Positions 1 through 8,020 of a stretch of 41,528 bases of DNA are shown in pieces; the first letter of the stretch is position 1, and every line of letters begins with the position of its first letter. The stretch is from Candidatus Woykebacteria bacterium RBG_13_40_15 (GTDB lineage: Bacteria > Patescibacteriota > Microgenomatia > Woykebacterales > RBG-16-39-9b). The notes beneath the pieces are model-generated. The model made no database searches, was not told the DNA's origin, and worked only from the letters and a program-made list of their open reading frames with translations. The stretch lies in contig MHCP01000028.1 in NCBI GenBank assembly GCA_001816655.1, positions 99,848 through 141,375 on the forward strand, in the 5' to 3' direction. The position numbers were made by a program, and so were the translations under genes.

Positions 1-226
1 CTTGTTTTTCTTCAATTTCCGCTGGTTTATTAGAAGCCTTTGGAACAATCTCTTTTTTTACAATTCGCAAACATTTCGTGCAAAGACGAACTCTTTTTGT
101 CATACCGCCAACATTCAAATTAAACACATGAAGGTTGGGTCTGCTTCTCTTTTTAGTTCTTATGTGGCTGTGGGATACATTCATCCCAACCTGCACTCCC
201 TTACCACAGCGATAACATTTCAACAT
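1..226 (-). CDS. rpmB: 50S ribosomal protein L28; C-terminus runs off the left edge
   Basis: My reverse-strand translation from ATG at 226 gives MLKCYRCGKGVQVGMNVSHSHIRTKKRSRPNLHVFNLNVGGMTKRVRLCTKCLR, the L28 pattern (SHS..RTK.R..PNL). GGAGAA Shine-Dalgarno lies 4 nt upstream. Absent from the ORF track because no stop lies in the window. Confidence 0.9.
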   Translation of the reverse strand, partial: MLKCYRCGKGVQVGMNVSHSHIRTKKRSRPNLHVFNLNVGGMTKRVRLCTKCLRIVKKEIVPKASNKPAEIEEKQ

Positions 227-288
227 AGTTTCTCCTAATTAGAGTGGCTATTATAGCATACCACACACAATATTTTTAATGGTATACT

Positions 289-945
289 ATGGCTATTATG
301 CTAGACGTAACAAGCGCAAATCCGGCTACAATGTTTGCTTCAATACTTATTTTCCTTATTATCATTGGCTTTGTAATTTCTATGCACGAAGCTGCTCACG
401 CTTTTGCCGCCAATCGTTTAGGCGATCCCACAGCAAGATTACTTGGCCGAATGAGCCTAAATCCCGCAAGTCATATTGATCCAATTGGAACAATTTTGCT
501 GCCTTTGATCCTTTTAATTATGCATGCTCCTGTTTTTGGTTGGGCCAAACCAACACCGATCAATCCTTTCAATTTTCAGTACCCACGGCGCGACACAGCG
601 ATTGTCGCTTTCGCCGGTCCTGCTTCCAATTTTTTGCTGGCGATTTTTCTTTCCCTGATTTTTAGATTAGCCCCAGTTACCATCGCAAGTTCTTTTCTTT
701 TAAACTTCATAGTAATAAACCTGATTCTTGGTATCTTCAATCTAATTCCAATACCACCACTGGACGGGTTCAAAATTTTGGTTGGGGTTTTGCCTAAAGA
801 AGCGGCTGCACAGGTTTCGCTTCTAGAAAGCTATGGCCCAATACTTCTCCTTGTTGTATTACTACTTCTACTACCTATACTCTCACCTATTATATTCCTT
901 GTCCTAAATTTACTTTTAGGTATTTTAACTGGTGTTACTATCTAG
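289..945 (+). CDS. Site-2 protease family (peptidase M50) membrane metalloprotease
   Basis: HEAAH zinc motif in the first TM helix, the NLIPIPPLDG motif typical of M50, and multiple hydrophobic helices. Confidence 0.85.
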   Translation: MAIMLDVTSANPATMFASILIFLIIIGFVISMHEAAHAFAANRLGDPTARLLGRMSLNPASHIDPIGTILLPLILLIMHAPVFGWAKPTPINPFNFQYPRRDTAIVAFAGPASNFLLAIFLSLIFRLAPVTIASSFLLNFIVINLILGIFNLIPIPPLDGFKILVGVLPKEAAAQVSLLESYGPILLLVVLLLLLPILSPIIFLVLNLLLGILTGVTI

Positions 946-967
946 GTACCTAGCCCTAGAAAGAGTC

Positions 968-996
968 TTGCAAATTAACCGTATTTGTGCTTAAAT
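968..996 (+). promoter_or_regulatory. Sigma70-type promoter for the downstream orphan RNA
   Basis: TTGCAA (968-973), a 17-nt spacer, then TTAAAT (991-996). Confidence 0.55.
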
Positions 997-1002
997 GGAC
1001 TT

Positions 1003-1240
1003 GCCTGTTAGAATAAAGGCGCCCCTGCCGCAGGGACACAGGCTTTGAGGTTTATCTTCCTCAATTTTTCTTTCTTGGACGGGTTGACCCGGAGAGTTTC
1101 CGTAGACCGTGGTCTATCGGAACAGGGTTCCCACTTAACAGTCTAGGAGGAAACCGAATAAGCCGCCCGAGGTGCAGGGAGGACTAATTTTTAATAACGG
1201 ATTGAATTAAAGGACCCTTTGTGGGTCTTTTTTGTTTATT
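1003..1240 (+). ncRNA. Candidate structured small RNA of about 230 nt; family not identified
   Basis: It has its own promoter and an intrinsic terminator (stem 1211-1217/1223-1229 plus T-run 1228-1233). It is locally G+C-rich with strong hairpins, for example 1098-1122 (10 bp with one bulge) and CCCTG/CAGGG at 1023-1035. There is no ORF. Confidence 0.5.
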
Positions 1241-1342
1241 TTTTCTAGTTTTGCTAAAATCAGGAGATATGAGGGCTGAGGAAATCGATACTGACAAAAA
1301 CAAGTTAATAATAAATTTGTACGACAAATCCGCAACCCGCAT

Positions 1343-1984
1343 TTAGTTCCTCGGGATTGTTTTCTTTATCTGTGGAAAATCAAAAATGAATAAGAACAAG
1401 AAAGTATATTCATCTCCCGAGAAGCTCACTTCTTTTGAAATTACGTATTCTTGAGCCTTACTAGTTAAATCCTTAAAGTCACCACGAAAGTTTTTACCAA
1501 CATACAATTTTATTGTAACTTTGTCGTTCTTTTCCTTGGGAATCTGAATGTCCTTGACCTGAACAAAAGCACTGTTAGCAGTCTTCGCTTTATTAAAGTA
1601 CTTCTCTAAGCTAGTACCCTCCATATTCAAGGCCATTGTAGTTACATAAGTGAGCTTTAACGGGTCACTGAAGTCAAACTGTTGGTTCTTATAAATATCT
1701 AACTGATCAAGATTCTTGCCAGCAACTCTATTACTCAAAGTTGGATGATTCTTCAGTTGAGCAATGGTGGCTGGAAGTTGCTCTACACCACCATCTTTGA
1801 AACTGGTTACCTTGAAAGTGACACAATTATTTGGCGTGTGTAAGCTGAAGTGACTATCAACAGAGACACCATTCTGAAAGGCAGTTGGGTATGACAATAG
1901 AAAATCCCTTCCCTGATGCTGTTTGGTTAGTTTTATCAGACCTCGGCCGTTTATTTTAATTCTTAATAGATTGTCTTTAATCAT
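1343..1984 (-). CDS. Hypothetical protein; no recognisable motif
   Basis: Long ORF. I prefer the ATG at 1984 over the TTG at 1990 used by the track. No TM helices and no family signature I recognise. Confidence 0.6.
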   Translation of the reverse strand: MIKDNLLRIKINGRGLIKLTKQHQGRDFLLSYPTAFQNGVSVDSHFSLHTPNNCVTFKVTSFKDGGVEQLPATIAQLKNHPTLSNRVAGKNLDQLDIYKNQQFDFSDPLKLTYVTTMALNMEGTSLEKYFNKAKTANSAFVQVKDIQIPKEKNDKVTIKLYVGKNFRGDFKDLTSKAQEYVISKEVSFSGDEYTFLFLFIFDFPQIKKTIPRN

Positions 1985-2055
1985 AACCAATTACAGTGGC
2001 AAAATACACCGAAAGTGAAAACTGGCAAGCCCGGGAGGAATTGCCCGCCTAAATT

Positions 2056-2130
2056 TGGCAGGGCCAAGAGGTATCGAACCCCTGCTTCCGGTTTTGGAGA
2101 CCGGCGTGCTACCACTAACACCATGGCCCT
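2056..2130 (-). tRNA. tRNA-Trp (anticodon CCA)
   Basis: Hand-folded 75-nt cloverleaf: acceptor AGGGCCA/TGGCCCT, anticodon arm CCGGT-CTCCAAA-ACCGG, T-loop TTCGATA, encoded 3' CCA. Confidence 0.9.
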
Positions 2131-2156
2131 AAATTGGCGGGTTGGAGACCGCCGTT

Positions 2157-2222
2157 ATAGATCGCTCCGTAAATAAATTATTCGCTTGAAGCTTAATAAT
2201 TTAGGTACTCTCGCGCTCTGCG
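2157..2222. repeat. Dispersed intergenic repeat, empty-site copy (pairs with 11407-11502)
   Basis: Shares ATAGATCGCTCCGTAA, GGTACTC and TCGCGCTCTGCG blocks in the same order with 11407-11502. Confidence 0.7.
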
Positions 2223-2264
2223 TCGCTAGCTTCCTAAACAATTAACTACGGGCCTACGATCTGC

Positions 2265-2429
2265 TTACTTCACTTCTCTATGCAATATTACTTTCTTACA
2301 GCCTTTACAAAACTTCTTTAGTTCCAACTTCCCTTGTAAGTTTTGTTTATTCTTTTCAGTTGTGTAATTCTGCCTTTTGCACTCTGTGCATTCTAGAATT
2401 ACTAGGTTTCTTGGTCCTTTTTTTGCCAT
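2265..2429 (-). CDS. rpmG: 50S ribosomal protein L33
   Basis: [54 protein letters not shown] is a CxxC...CxxC zinc-ribbon L33. AAGAGG RBS precedes the ATG at 2429. The track ORF is extended upstream into the tRNA. Confidence 0.9.
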   Translation of the reverse strand: MAKKGPRNLVILECTECKRQNYTTEKNKQNLQGKLELKKFCKGCKKVILHREVK

Positions 2430-2452
2430 ATTTACCTCTTTTAATAATAATC

Positions 2453-2527
2453 TGGAGCCGACGGTGGGAATCGGACCCACGACCTAGCCCTTACCAAGGG
2501 CTCGCTCTGCCACTGAGCCACGTCGGC
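2453..2527 (-). tRNA. tRNA-Thr (anticodon GGT)
   Basis: GCCGACG acceptor, anticodon arm AGCCC-TTGGTAA-GGGCT, T-arm GTGGG-TCCGATT-CCCAC, encoded CCA; 75 nt. Confidence 0.9.
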
Positions 2528-2529
2528 AA

Positions 2530-2618
2530 TGGTGCCGAGAGTAGGATTCGAACCTACGTAGCCGCAAGGGCGCCTGTTTTACAGACAGGTGCATTTGACC
2601 ACTCTGCCATCTCGGCAC
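2530..2618 (-). tRNA. tRNA-Tyr (anticodon GTA), long variable arm
   Basis: Anticodon arm CCTGT-CTGTAAA-ACAGG, long variable arm GCGCCCTTGCGGC, T-loop TTCGAAT, encoded CCA; 89 nt. Confidence 0.9.
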
Positions 2619-2628
2619 GTCTCATTCA

Positions 2629-2703
2629 TGGAGCCGACTGTCGGATTCGGACCGACGACCTACTGTTTACAAAACAGTTGCTCTACCGCTGAGCTAAGTC
2701 GGC
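2629..2703 (-). tRNA. tRNA-Thr (anticodon TGT)
   Basis: GCCGACT acceptor, anticodon arm ACTGT-TTTGTAA-ACAGT, T-arm GTCGG-TCCGAAT-CCGAC, encoded CCA; 75 nt. Confidence 0.9.
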
Positions 2704-2718
2704 ATTTTAGCGGAATGG

Positions 2719-2757
2719 ATTATATCTCGCCAGAGAAACAATCCACGAGATGTAATC
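2719..2757 (-). promoter_or_regulatory. Inverted-repeat promoter element, copy A (upstream of the tRNA operon)
   Basis: Minus-strand reading is GATTACATCTCG-TGGATTGTTTCTCTGG-CGAGATATAAT. The TATAAT lies 15 nt upstream of the tRNA 5' end. Homologous to 9875-9913 and 19831-19905. Confidence 0.6.
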
Positions 2758-2840
2758 CTAGCGGATTATATCAGAGTTTACTTATAGCTTCAATTAATTA
2801 TATGTGATTAAAGCTTTTATTTTTGGTATAATTAAAGTTG

Positions 2841-3233
2841 ATGGAAACAGAGCCACTTTCAAAAAAAGTTTTATTGGCTGACGATGACCCTTCTTTTACA
2901 GAACTCTACACATCAATATTCCAATCGTCAGGAATAAATTTTTCGGTCGCCCAAAACGGCCTCGAGACCATAGAAAAAGCTAAAAAGGAACAGCCTACAA
3001 TAATTCTTTTAGATATTATGATGCCTGATATTGATGGTTTCGAAGTCTTAAAAAAGTTGAAGCAAGACCCTGCTACCTCCAATATCCCTGTCTGGATGTT
3101 AACAAACCTTGCCCAGCAACTAAATCAAGAGACAGCTGTTTCTCTGGGAGCAGGGGGTTACATAGTTAAAGCGGAAACTACTCCAAACCAGGTCGTCGCA
3201 AAAGTCAAAGATTACTTTAGCCAACTTCCTTAG
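2841..3233 (+). CDS. Stand-alone response-regulator receiver domain (CheY-like)
   Basis: LLADDDPS, ILLDIMMPDIDG (phospho-acceptor Asp), MLTN and YIVKA motifs. An extended -10 TGGTATAAT (2824-2832) ends 8 nt before the ATG and there is no SD. Confidence 0.85.
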   Translation: METEPLSKKVLLADDDPSFTELYTSIFQSSGINFSVAQNGLETIEKAKKEQPTIILLDIMMPDIDGFEVLKKLKQDPATSNIPVWMLTNLAQQLNQETAVSLGAGGYIVKAETTPNQVVAKVKDYFSQLP

Positions 3234-3278
3234 CTACCTTTACACACCAACTCCTCTATGCTAGAATAATCCGACTAA

Positions 3279-3467
3279 ATGATCAGCAAAGTTTTTAAAT
3301 TTCTTAACGAAGTAGCGGACGAGCTTAAAAAGGTTACCTGGCCTACAAGACAAGAGGCTATTAAAATGACGTTTACTGTAATAGCCGTAAGTGTTGTAGT
3401 TGCGGTTTTCATAGGAAGTCTGGACTTTGTTTTAACCCAATTTATTAGTAAAATCTTAACAAGATAG
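3279..3467 (+). CDS. secE: Preprotein translocase subunit SecE
   Basis: 62 aa with KVTWPTRQE followed by a single TM helix, positioned immediately before nusG. TGCTAGAAT extended -10 at 3259-3267. Confidence 0.85.
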   Translation: MISKVFKFLNEVADELKKVTWPTRQEAIKMTFTVIAVSVVVAVFIGSLDFVLTQFISKILTR

Positions 3468-3486
3468 TAGTAGAGGTTAATTAACG

Positions 3487-4089
3487 ATGGCTAAAGCTAA
3501 AAAAGAAAAGAAAGAGCAGGAACTTAAAAACGAGGAGGCTAAAAAGGAAACAAAAAAAGCCCCAGCCGGAGCTGCTTGGTATGTCGTTCACACTTATTCC
3601 GGCCATGAAAATAAGGTGGCAGCAACACTTAAACAGAAAATTGAAGCCAACAAGTTGCAGGATCGAATTTTTGACGTAATAGTACCAACTCAAGAAAAGA
3701 TTGAAATCCGTGAAGGAAAGAAACAGACTATACGGGAGAGAATTTTTCCCGGTTATGTTCTGGTTCAGATGCGCTTAGACGATGGAACTTGGTATACAGT
3801 CCGCTCAACCGCAGGCGTAACTGGTTTTATAGGGGTTGGCAACAAACCCACCCCATTAGACGAAAATGAAGTTGAAACCATCCAAAGATTTTCCAAGATG
3901 GAAGCACCAACTTATAAGGCTTCTTTCAGTGTCAATGAAGCTGTTAAAATCATTGATGGCCCCTTTGCCGATTTTATTGGAAAAATCGATGAAATTAATG
4001 AGGAAAAAGGCAAGCTTAAAGTTTTAGTATCAATTTTTGGCCGAGAAACCCCAGTTGAGCTTGATTTTCTCCAAGTAGCAAAACTATAA
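3487..4089 (+). CDS. nusG: Transcription termination/antitermination factor NusG with a Lys-rich N-terminal tail
   Basis: [17 protein letters not shown] start and a C-terminal KOW ([14 protein letters not shown]...[17 protein letters not shown]). About 28 aa of K/E-rich extension precede the NGN domain. Confidence 0.92.
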   Translation: MAKAKKEKKEQELKNEEAKKETKKAPAGAAWYVVHTYSGHENKVAATLKQKIEANKLQDRIFDVIVPTQEKIEIREGKKQTIRERIFPGYVLVQMRLDDGTWYTVRSTAGVTGFIGVGNKPTPLDENEVETIQRFSKMEAPTYKASFSVNEAVKIIDGPFADFIGKIDEINEEKGKLKVLVSIFGRETPVELDFLQVAKL

Positions 4090-4143
4090 AGAATTACAAA
4101 ATTAGCTCAAACTTGTCCTGAGCGAACGAAAGTGAGTCGAAGG

Positions 4144-4566
4144 ATGGCAAAAAAGGTAAAGACAGTGATTAAACTTAATATCCCCGCTGGCGAGGCTACA
4201 GCAGCGCCTCCAGTCGGCCCCGCGTTGGGTCAGCATGGTTTGCCTATAATGGACTTCGTGAAGGCCTTCAATGAACGCACAAGCGACCAAAAAGGCAATA
4301 TCTTGCCTGTAGTCATCACCGTTTTCGAGGATCGCACTCTTTCTTTTATAACAAAGCAACCCCCAGTGGTAGAAATGATCAAAAAAACCTTGAATCTAGA
4401 AAAAGGATCGGGCGTTCCACACAGAGAAAAGGTCGGTAAATTAACAAAAGAGCAGGTTAAACAGATCGCAACAAGTAAAATGCCTGATTTGAATGCCGAT
4501 ACCCTCGAGGCAGCGGAAAAAATCGTTGAGGGTGTAGCTAGAAGTATGGGAGTCGATATTGAATAA
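4144..4566 (+). CDS. rplK: 50S ribosomal protein L11
   Basis: [32 protein letters not shown] is the canonical L11 N-terminus. Start placed at the MAKK ATG (4144) with a GAAGG RBS. Confidence 0.93.
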   Translation: MAKKVKTVIKLNIPAGEATAAPPVGPALGQHGLPIMDFVKAFNERTSDQKGNILPVVITVFEDRTLSFITKQPPVVEMIKKTLNLEKGSGVPHREKVGKLTKEQVKQIATSKMPDLNADTLEAAEKIVEGVARSMGVDIE

Positions 4567-5411
4567 TGGGAAAAATTAGAACCAAAGTAATCGAAACGGC
4601 AATCGAGCCGGAAAAATTGAAAAAAATCGAAGAATTAGAATTAGATAAAGAATCTAAGCCTGAAGAAGAAGGGGAAGTAAAAATCGAGAAAAAGAAGACA
4701 AGAGAGGGTAAGGCAAGGCAAAGAAGCCGCCGTTACAGGGATCTAAACGCAGGTATAGATAAATCAAAGGTATATTCTGTAGAAGAAGCTTCGGAACTTA
4801 TCAAAAAAGCGGCCAACACAAAATTCGACGAAAGTATCGAAGCAAATATCAACCTGGGAGTTTCCCCTGACAAACAAGAGCACCAAGTGAGAACCAGCGT
4901 AATACTCCCCCACCAAGTCGGTAAAAAAATTAAAATTCTCGTTTTTGCTGAAAAAGACGCTGCTGAAATCAAAAAACTCGGCGCTAGCGTTGGAAACGAA
5001 GAAATTTTGAAGGAAATTGAAGGCGGGAAAGTTGGATTCGATAAAATTATCGCCGACTCTTCTTGGATGCCGAAACTGGCAAAAGTGGCCAAGGTTTTGG
5101 GACCAAGGGGCTTGATGCCAAACCCAAAATCAGGCACTGTAACAGAAAATCCAATAGCAGTTTTAAAGGAATTTGCTCAAGGAAAGGTGGAACTACGAGC
5201 CGAAAAAGTTCCTATAATCCATACAGTCATTGGAAAGCGAAGTTTTGAAACCAGGAAACTCTCCGAAAATTTAGCCTCGATAATTACCGCAGTCAGAGCC
5301 GCAAAGCCGGAAGGGTTTAAAAAAGAACTTATCAAAAGCGTTTACGTCTCTTCCACAATGGGCCCATCAGTAAGAATTGATCTATCTTCTCTTCAACCAA
5401 CTGAAAAATAA
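4566..5411 (+). CDS. rplA: 50S ribosomal protein L1 with an N-terminal extension of about 45 aa
   Basis: TAATG overlap with rplK. The canonical L1 region begins near RRYRDLNAGIDKSKVYSVEEA, with MPNPKSGTV later. It is preceded by [44 protein letters not shown]. Confidence 0.9.
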   Translation: MGKIRTKVIETAIEPEKLKKIEELELDKESKPEEEGEVKIEKKKTREGKARQRSRRYRDLNAGIDKSKVYSVEEASELIKKAANTKFDESIEANINLGVSPDKQEHQVRTSVILPHQVGKKIKILVFAEKDAAEIKKLGASVGNEEILKEIEGGKVGFDKIIADSSWMPKLAKVAKVLGPRGLMPNPKSGTVTENPIAVLKEFAQGKVELRAEKVPIIHTVIGKRSFETRKLSENLASIITAVRAAKPEGFKKELIKSVYVSSTMGPSVRIDLSSLQPTEK

Positions 5412-5538
5412 GATCGCTCGTATTCTTAGTCCACAAAGTGGTCGCAGGACGCTTTAGCGGTCTATGCCTCTTCGCTTATCAGTCAGAGCCGAATACTACG
5501 CGTCTTTATTTCTCGCATTGCTCGAAAATAATCGTGGC

Positions 5539-5776
5539 TTGACAAGCAGTCACTTATTGGGTTAAACTCCCGTTTGACCGAAGACAGTAGCCCCTCGATG
5601 AATTCGGGATAAAGTCCCGCAGAGTCGAGCTAAAGCAGAACTCGTTTAGGCTTTATCCTGAACGAAGGGAAGGACTACCGAGGCGTAGTAAATGAATAAC
5701 AAGTGACAAGACAAACGTAACAAGTTTTTAAACTTTTCACCTGTTACCAACGACCTCGGTAACCCGAGGTTTTTTA
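5539..5776 (+). promoter_or_regulatory. Internal promoter plus rplJ (L10) leader ending in an attenuator hairpin
   Basis: TTGACA (5539-5544), 17 nt, TTAAAC (5562-5567). A leader of about 200 nt follows, ending in ACCTCGG-TAAC-CCGAGGT (5753-5770) plus TTTTT. That lies 15 nt before the rplJ start, just ahead of its AGGAG RBS. Confidence 0.6.
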
Positions 5777-5790
5777 GTTTCAGGAGATTT

Positions 5791-6324
5791 ATGAAAATTA
5801 CAAAAGAACAAAAAGTAAAAACAGTAGCCGACCTCAAAGATAAACTTTCGCGAGCTTCCGGTATGGTTTTAGCCAATTACCATGGTCTTTCCGTCCCCCA
5901 AATGCAGGAGTTAAAAAAATCTCTGAAAGAAGAGGATGCGGAATTTGTAATTTCAAAAAACACCCTGATAAGCCGCGCAGCCAAAGAAGCAAAGAAGGAA
6001 ATTCCAAATGAGCAATTAGAAGGTCCAACTGCTATTTTATTTTCTTTTGGGGACGTGCTAGCGAGCGTAAAGAAACTTGCAGATTTTATAAAACAGTATC
6101 AGCTTCCTGAGATCAAAATTGGCGCTATCGAAAACAGAATGCTAACAAAAGAGGAGGTCTTGGATTTGGCCGAAATTCCTTCCAAACAGGAGCTTTATGC
6201 CAAAGTCGTCGGAAGCTTAAACTCTCCTATTTACGGTTTGGTAGCAACTTTAAGAGGAAATTTACGAAACTTAGTTTACGTTTTAAAACAAGTTGAAAAC
6301 TCGAAAGGAGGTGCTACTAATTAA
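5791..6324 (+). CDS. rplJ: 50S ribosomal protein L10
   Basis: Position between rplA and rplL, the N-terminal [15 protein letters not shown]...[16 protein letters not shown] pattern, and an AGGAG RBS. Confidence 0.92.
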   Translation: MKITKEQKVKTVADLKDKLSRASGMVLANYHGLSVPQMQELKKSLKEEDAEFVISKNTLISRAAKEAKKEIPNEQLEGPTAILFSFGDVLASVKKLADFIKQYQLPEIKIGAIENRMLTKEEVLDLAEIPSKQELYAKVVGSLNSPIYGLVATLRGNLRNLVYVLKQVENSKGGATN

Positions 6325-6326
6325 TT

Positions 6327-7031
6327 ATGGACGAAGAAAAGAAGCCACAAGAAAAAGTTGAATCCTCCTCCGCTCAAAGTACGGAGGACAAGGAAGCTTC
6401 AGAAGAAGCAGAAAAAGCCGAAGGTTCTGCTGAAGAAGCCAAAGAGGCATCCGAAGAAGCAAAAGAAGCCGCAGAGGAAGCTAAAGAAGAGGTAAAGGAA
6501 GAAGTTGCTGAAGTTAAAGAGGAGGTAAAAGAAACAGTTGCTGAGGCTAAAGAGAATCCGCCAGCTGGCGGAAAGGCCGAAGCTCCAAAACCGGAACCTA
6601 AAAAAGACCTGCCTGCCGGCAAGGCAGGAATAAAAGTTACTGGCAAATTGGCCGATATCATTAAGGATCTTGAAGGACTGTCAGTTCTTGAGTTAGCTGA
6701 TTTAGTAAAGGCTTTGGAAGACCGTTTTGGCGTAAGTGCTTCAGCACCAGTCGCGGTAGCAGCCGCGGGAGCAGCTCCTGCTGGAGGAGGCGCTGAAGGT
6801 GCACCAGAGGAAGGCCAAACTACTTTCAACGTAATGTTGGCCGATTCAGGGGCTAATAAGATAGGTGTAATAAAGGTAGTTAGGGAACTAGTTCCTACAC
6901 TTGGACTTAAAGAAGCAAAAGACCTAGTTGACGCCGCTCCAAAGCAGGTTTTGGAAGGTGTAAATAAAGAGACGGCAAACGAGGCTAAATCCAAGTTAGA
7001 GGCTGCTGGAGCAAAAGTGGAGTTAAAGTAA
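6327..7031 (+). CDS. rplL: 50S ribosomal protein L7/L12 with an acidic low-complexity N-terminal extension of about 100 aa
   Basis: The C-terminal 125 aa are canonical ([29 protein letters not shown]...KVELK). The first 100-107 codons are an open E/K/A-rich frame. An in-frame TTG at 6648 is a possible alternative start. Confidence 0.88.
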   Translation: MDEEKKPQEKVESSSAQSTEDKEASEEAEKAEGSAEEAKEASEEAKEAAEEAKEEVKEEVAEVKEEVKETVAEAKENPPAGGKAEAPKPEPKKDLPAGKAGIKVTGKLADIIKDLEGLSVLELADLVKALEDRFGVSASAPVAVAAAGAAPAGGGAEGAPEEGQTTFNVMLADSGANKIGVIKVVRELVPTLGLKEAKDLVDAAPKQVLEGVNKETANEAKSKLEAAGAKVELK

Positions 7032-7054
7032 GCACGAACTGAAATAGAAAAGCA

Positions 7055-7085
7055 AAAAGCCCCCATTTGGGGGTTTTTTGTTTTC
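7055..7085 (+). terminator. Rho-independent terminator of the rplJL operon
   Basis: AAAGCCCCC-ATTT-GGGGGTTTTTTG immediately after the rplL stop. Confidence 0.85.
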
Positions 7086-7156
7086 AGAAGAACTGGAGGC
7101 GCAGGAAACGATTGAGACTAGCTCGCTCGTCCCCCACGCCCCCAAAGTAGTCGCCG

Positions 7157-7191
7157 GTGAGGTGGGAAGCTCGGAAGCCCGAGAACCTCAC
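7157..7191 (-). terminator. Compound 3' hairpin of high-G+C cassette A
   Basis: Outer stem GTGAGG/CCTCAC and inner stem CTCGG/CCGAG, beginning 12 nt after the stop of 7203-7805. No U-run. Same architecture as 10046-10086. Confidence 0.5.
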
Positions 7192-7202
7192 TGACACAGT
7201 AG

Positions 7203-7805
7203 TTAGCCGAGTGCCACTCTGATCACTTCCGGTGTTCCCCCAAGGTACTCACCGTTGGGCTTCTTCACCAAGACAGAGGCCACTCCCGGTTGGCTAATAC
7301 CCTCAAGCAAAGCGACCTTGGTTCGCGCCTGCTGCTCTTTCATCGGCTTCCCACTTTCATCAGCAGGCGTGTACACATACGAGGGCATTGACATGGTGTA
7401 CCCACCACGTACCTCCAGGAAAATGCTAAGCGCCGCGTTCTTGTGGAGGTTCTGGGCTGTTTTGTGTGATTGCTCGAGCAAACCTATGGCTGCGTCCATC
7501 CAGGCCTTATCATTCCTAATGAACGCAATCACCTCCTGCCACGCTTCGCATGCTGGGCCTTCAAGGCTGCCGCTCTCTACAAACTCATCGGCAGCCTTTA
7601 TGACAAGGTCAAGATAGCCGCGGTCCTGCAGGAAAGGAATGGCCATCTGTTTCGCGCTACCTGCGTGTGTACGATCCTTCTCCGCGATCTCTGCCTTTAG
7701 TTTCTGGTTATCCGCTGTGATGTCCCCCCGAATGACCAATAGTATGATCACTGCGACGACCAGAAGCGCGCCTAAGAACAATAGGCTACCGGTTAATGCG
7801 TCCAC
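7203..7805 (-). CDS. Hypothetical N-terminally membrane-anchored protein, high-G+C cassette A
   Basis: GTG start with a perfect AAGGAGG RBS 5 nt upstream. N-terminal TM helix LLFLGALLVVAVIILLVI. I counted 53-55% G+C in two 60-nt lines, against 33% in a neighbouring DUF2207 line. Confidence 0.65.
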   Translation of the reverse strand: MDALTGSLLFLGALLVVAVIILLVIRGDITADNQKLKAEIAEKDRTHAGSAKQMAIPFLQDRGYLDLVIKAADEFVESGSLEGPACEAWQEVIAFIRNDKAWMDAAIGLLEQSHKTAQNLHKNAALSIFLEVRGGYTMSMPSYVYTPADESGKPMKEQQARTKVALLEGISQPGVASVLVKKPNGEYLGGTPEVIRVALG

Positions 7806-7940
7806 AACGACCTCCTTATCCAGGTCTTTGAACTTTCTTCACATTGTGCTCTGAAGAGTGAAAGCTCTTCCCTAGCTTCCAAACCTCGCAGAAACTTCCT
7901 GCTGTTTATTGACAGCAATTTACCATTAACAAAATTAACA

Positions 7941-8020
7941 GCAAGTTGTTATCGGCAAACTCTAAGGGATTCTAGCAAAAAAGAAACGAGAAGTAAAGCT
8001 ATGGGACTAAAGCTAATTTA
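7941..8020 (-). promoter_or_regulatory. Promoter and leader-start module of cassette A (paralogue of 10681-10752)
   Basis: On the minus strand: TTTACT (rc of 7992-7997), 17 nt, then extended -10 TGCTAGAAT (rc of 7969-7977). Flanking TAAATTAGCT and CAACTTGC blocks are shared with 10681-10752. Confidence 0.6.

Noticed and set aside
2-238. Plus-strand 78-aa ORF at the left edge
   Set aside because: It is the antisense shadow of rpmB. The minus-strand translation is an unmistakable L28 with an SD, whereas the plus-strand peptide has no features.
1003-1240. Assigning the orphan RNA to SRP RNA, 6S, tmRNA, RNase P or the ykkC or glycine riboswitch classes
   Set aside because: I found only partial, out-of-order resemblances. 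For example, AGGAGGAAACCGAAUAAGCC resembles the SRP GGAAGGAAGCAGCC only loosely, and CAGGGTTCCC and CCGGAGAG occur in the wrong order for ykkC. I left it unclassified.
2360-2807. Plus-strand ORFs of 110 and 72 aa
   Set aside because: They run straight through three minus-strand tRNA genes and the rpmG start. The tRNA cloverleaves explain the sequence.
4733-5137. 134-aa minus-strand ORF inside rplA
   Set aside because: It is antisense to a strongly conserved L1 coding region and has no start context.
6374-7066. 230-aa minus-strand ORF
   Set aside because: It is a mirror ORF of rplL, kept open by the GAA/GCT-rich low-complexity repeat. It gives a Ser/Ala/Phe-rich nonsense peptide, has no RBS and spans the rplL terminator.
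7255-7854. Three overlapping plus-strand ORFs (120, 76 and 71 aa) in the high-G+C segment
   Set aside because: Stop codons are rare in G+C-rich DNA, so several frames stay open. Only the minus-strand ORF has a perfect AAGGAGG-GTG start and a TM helix.
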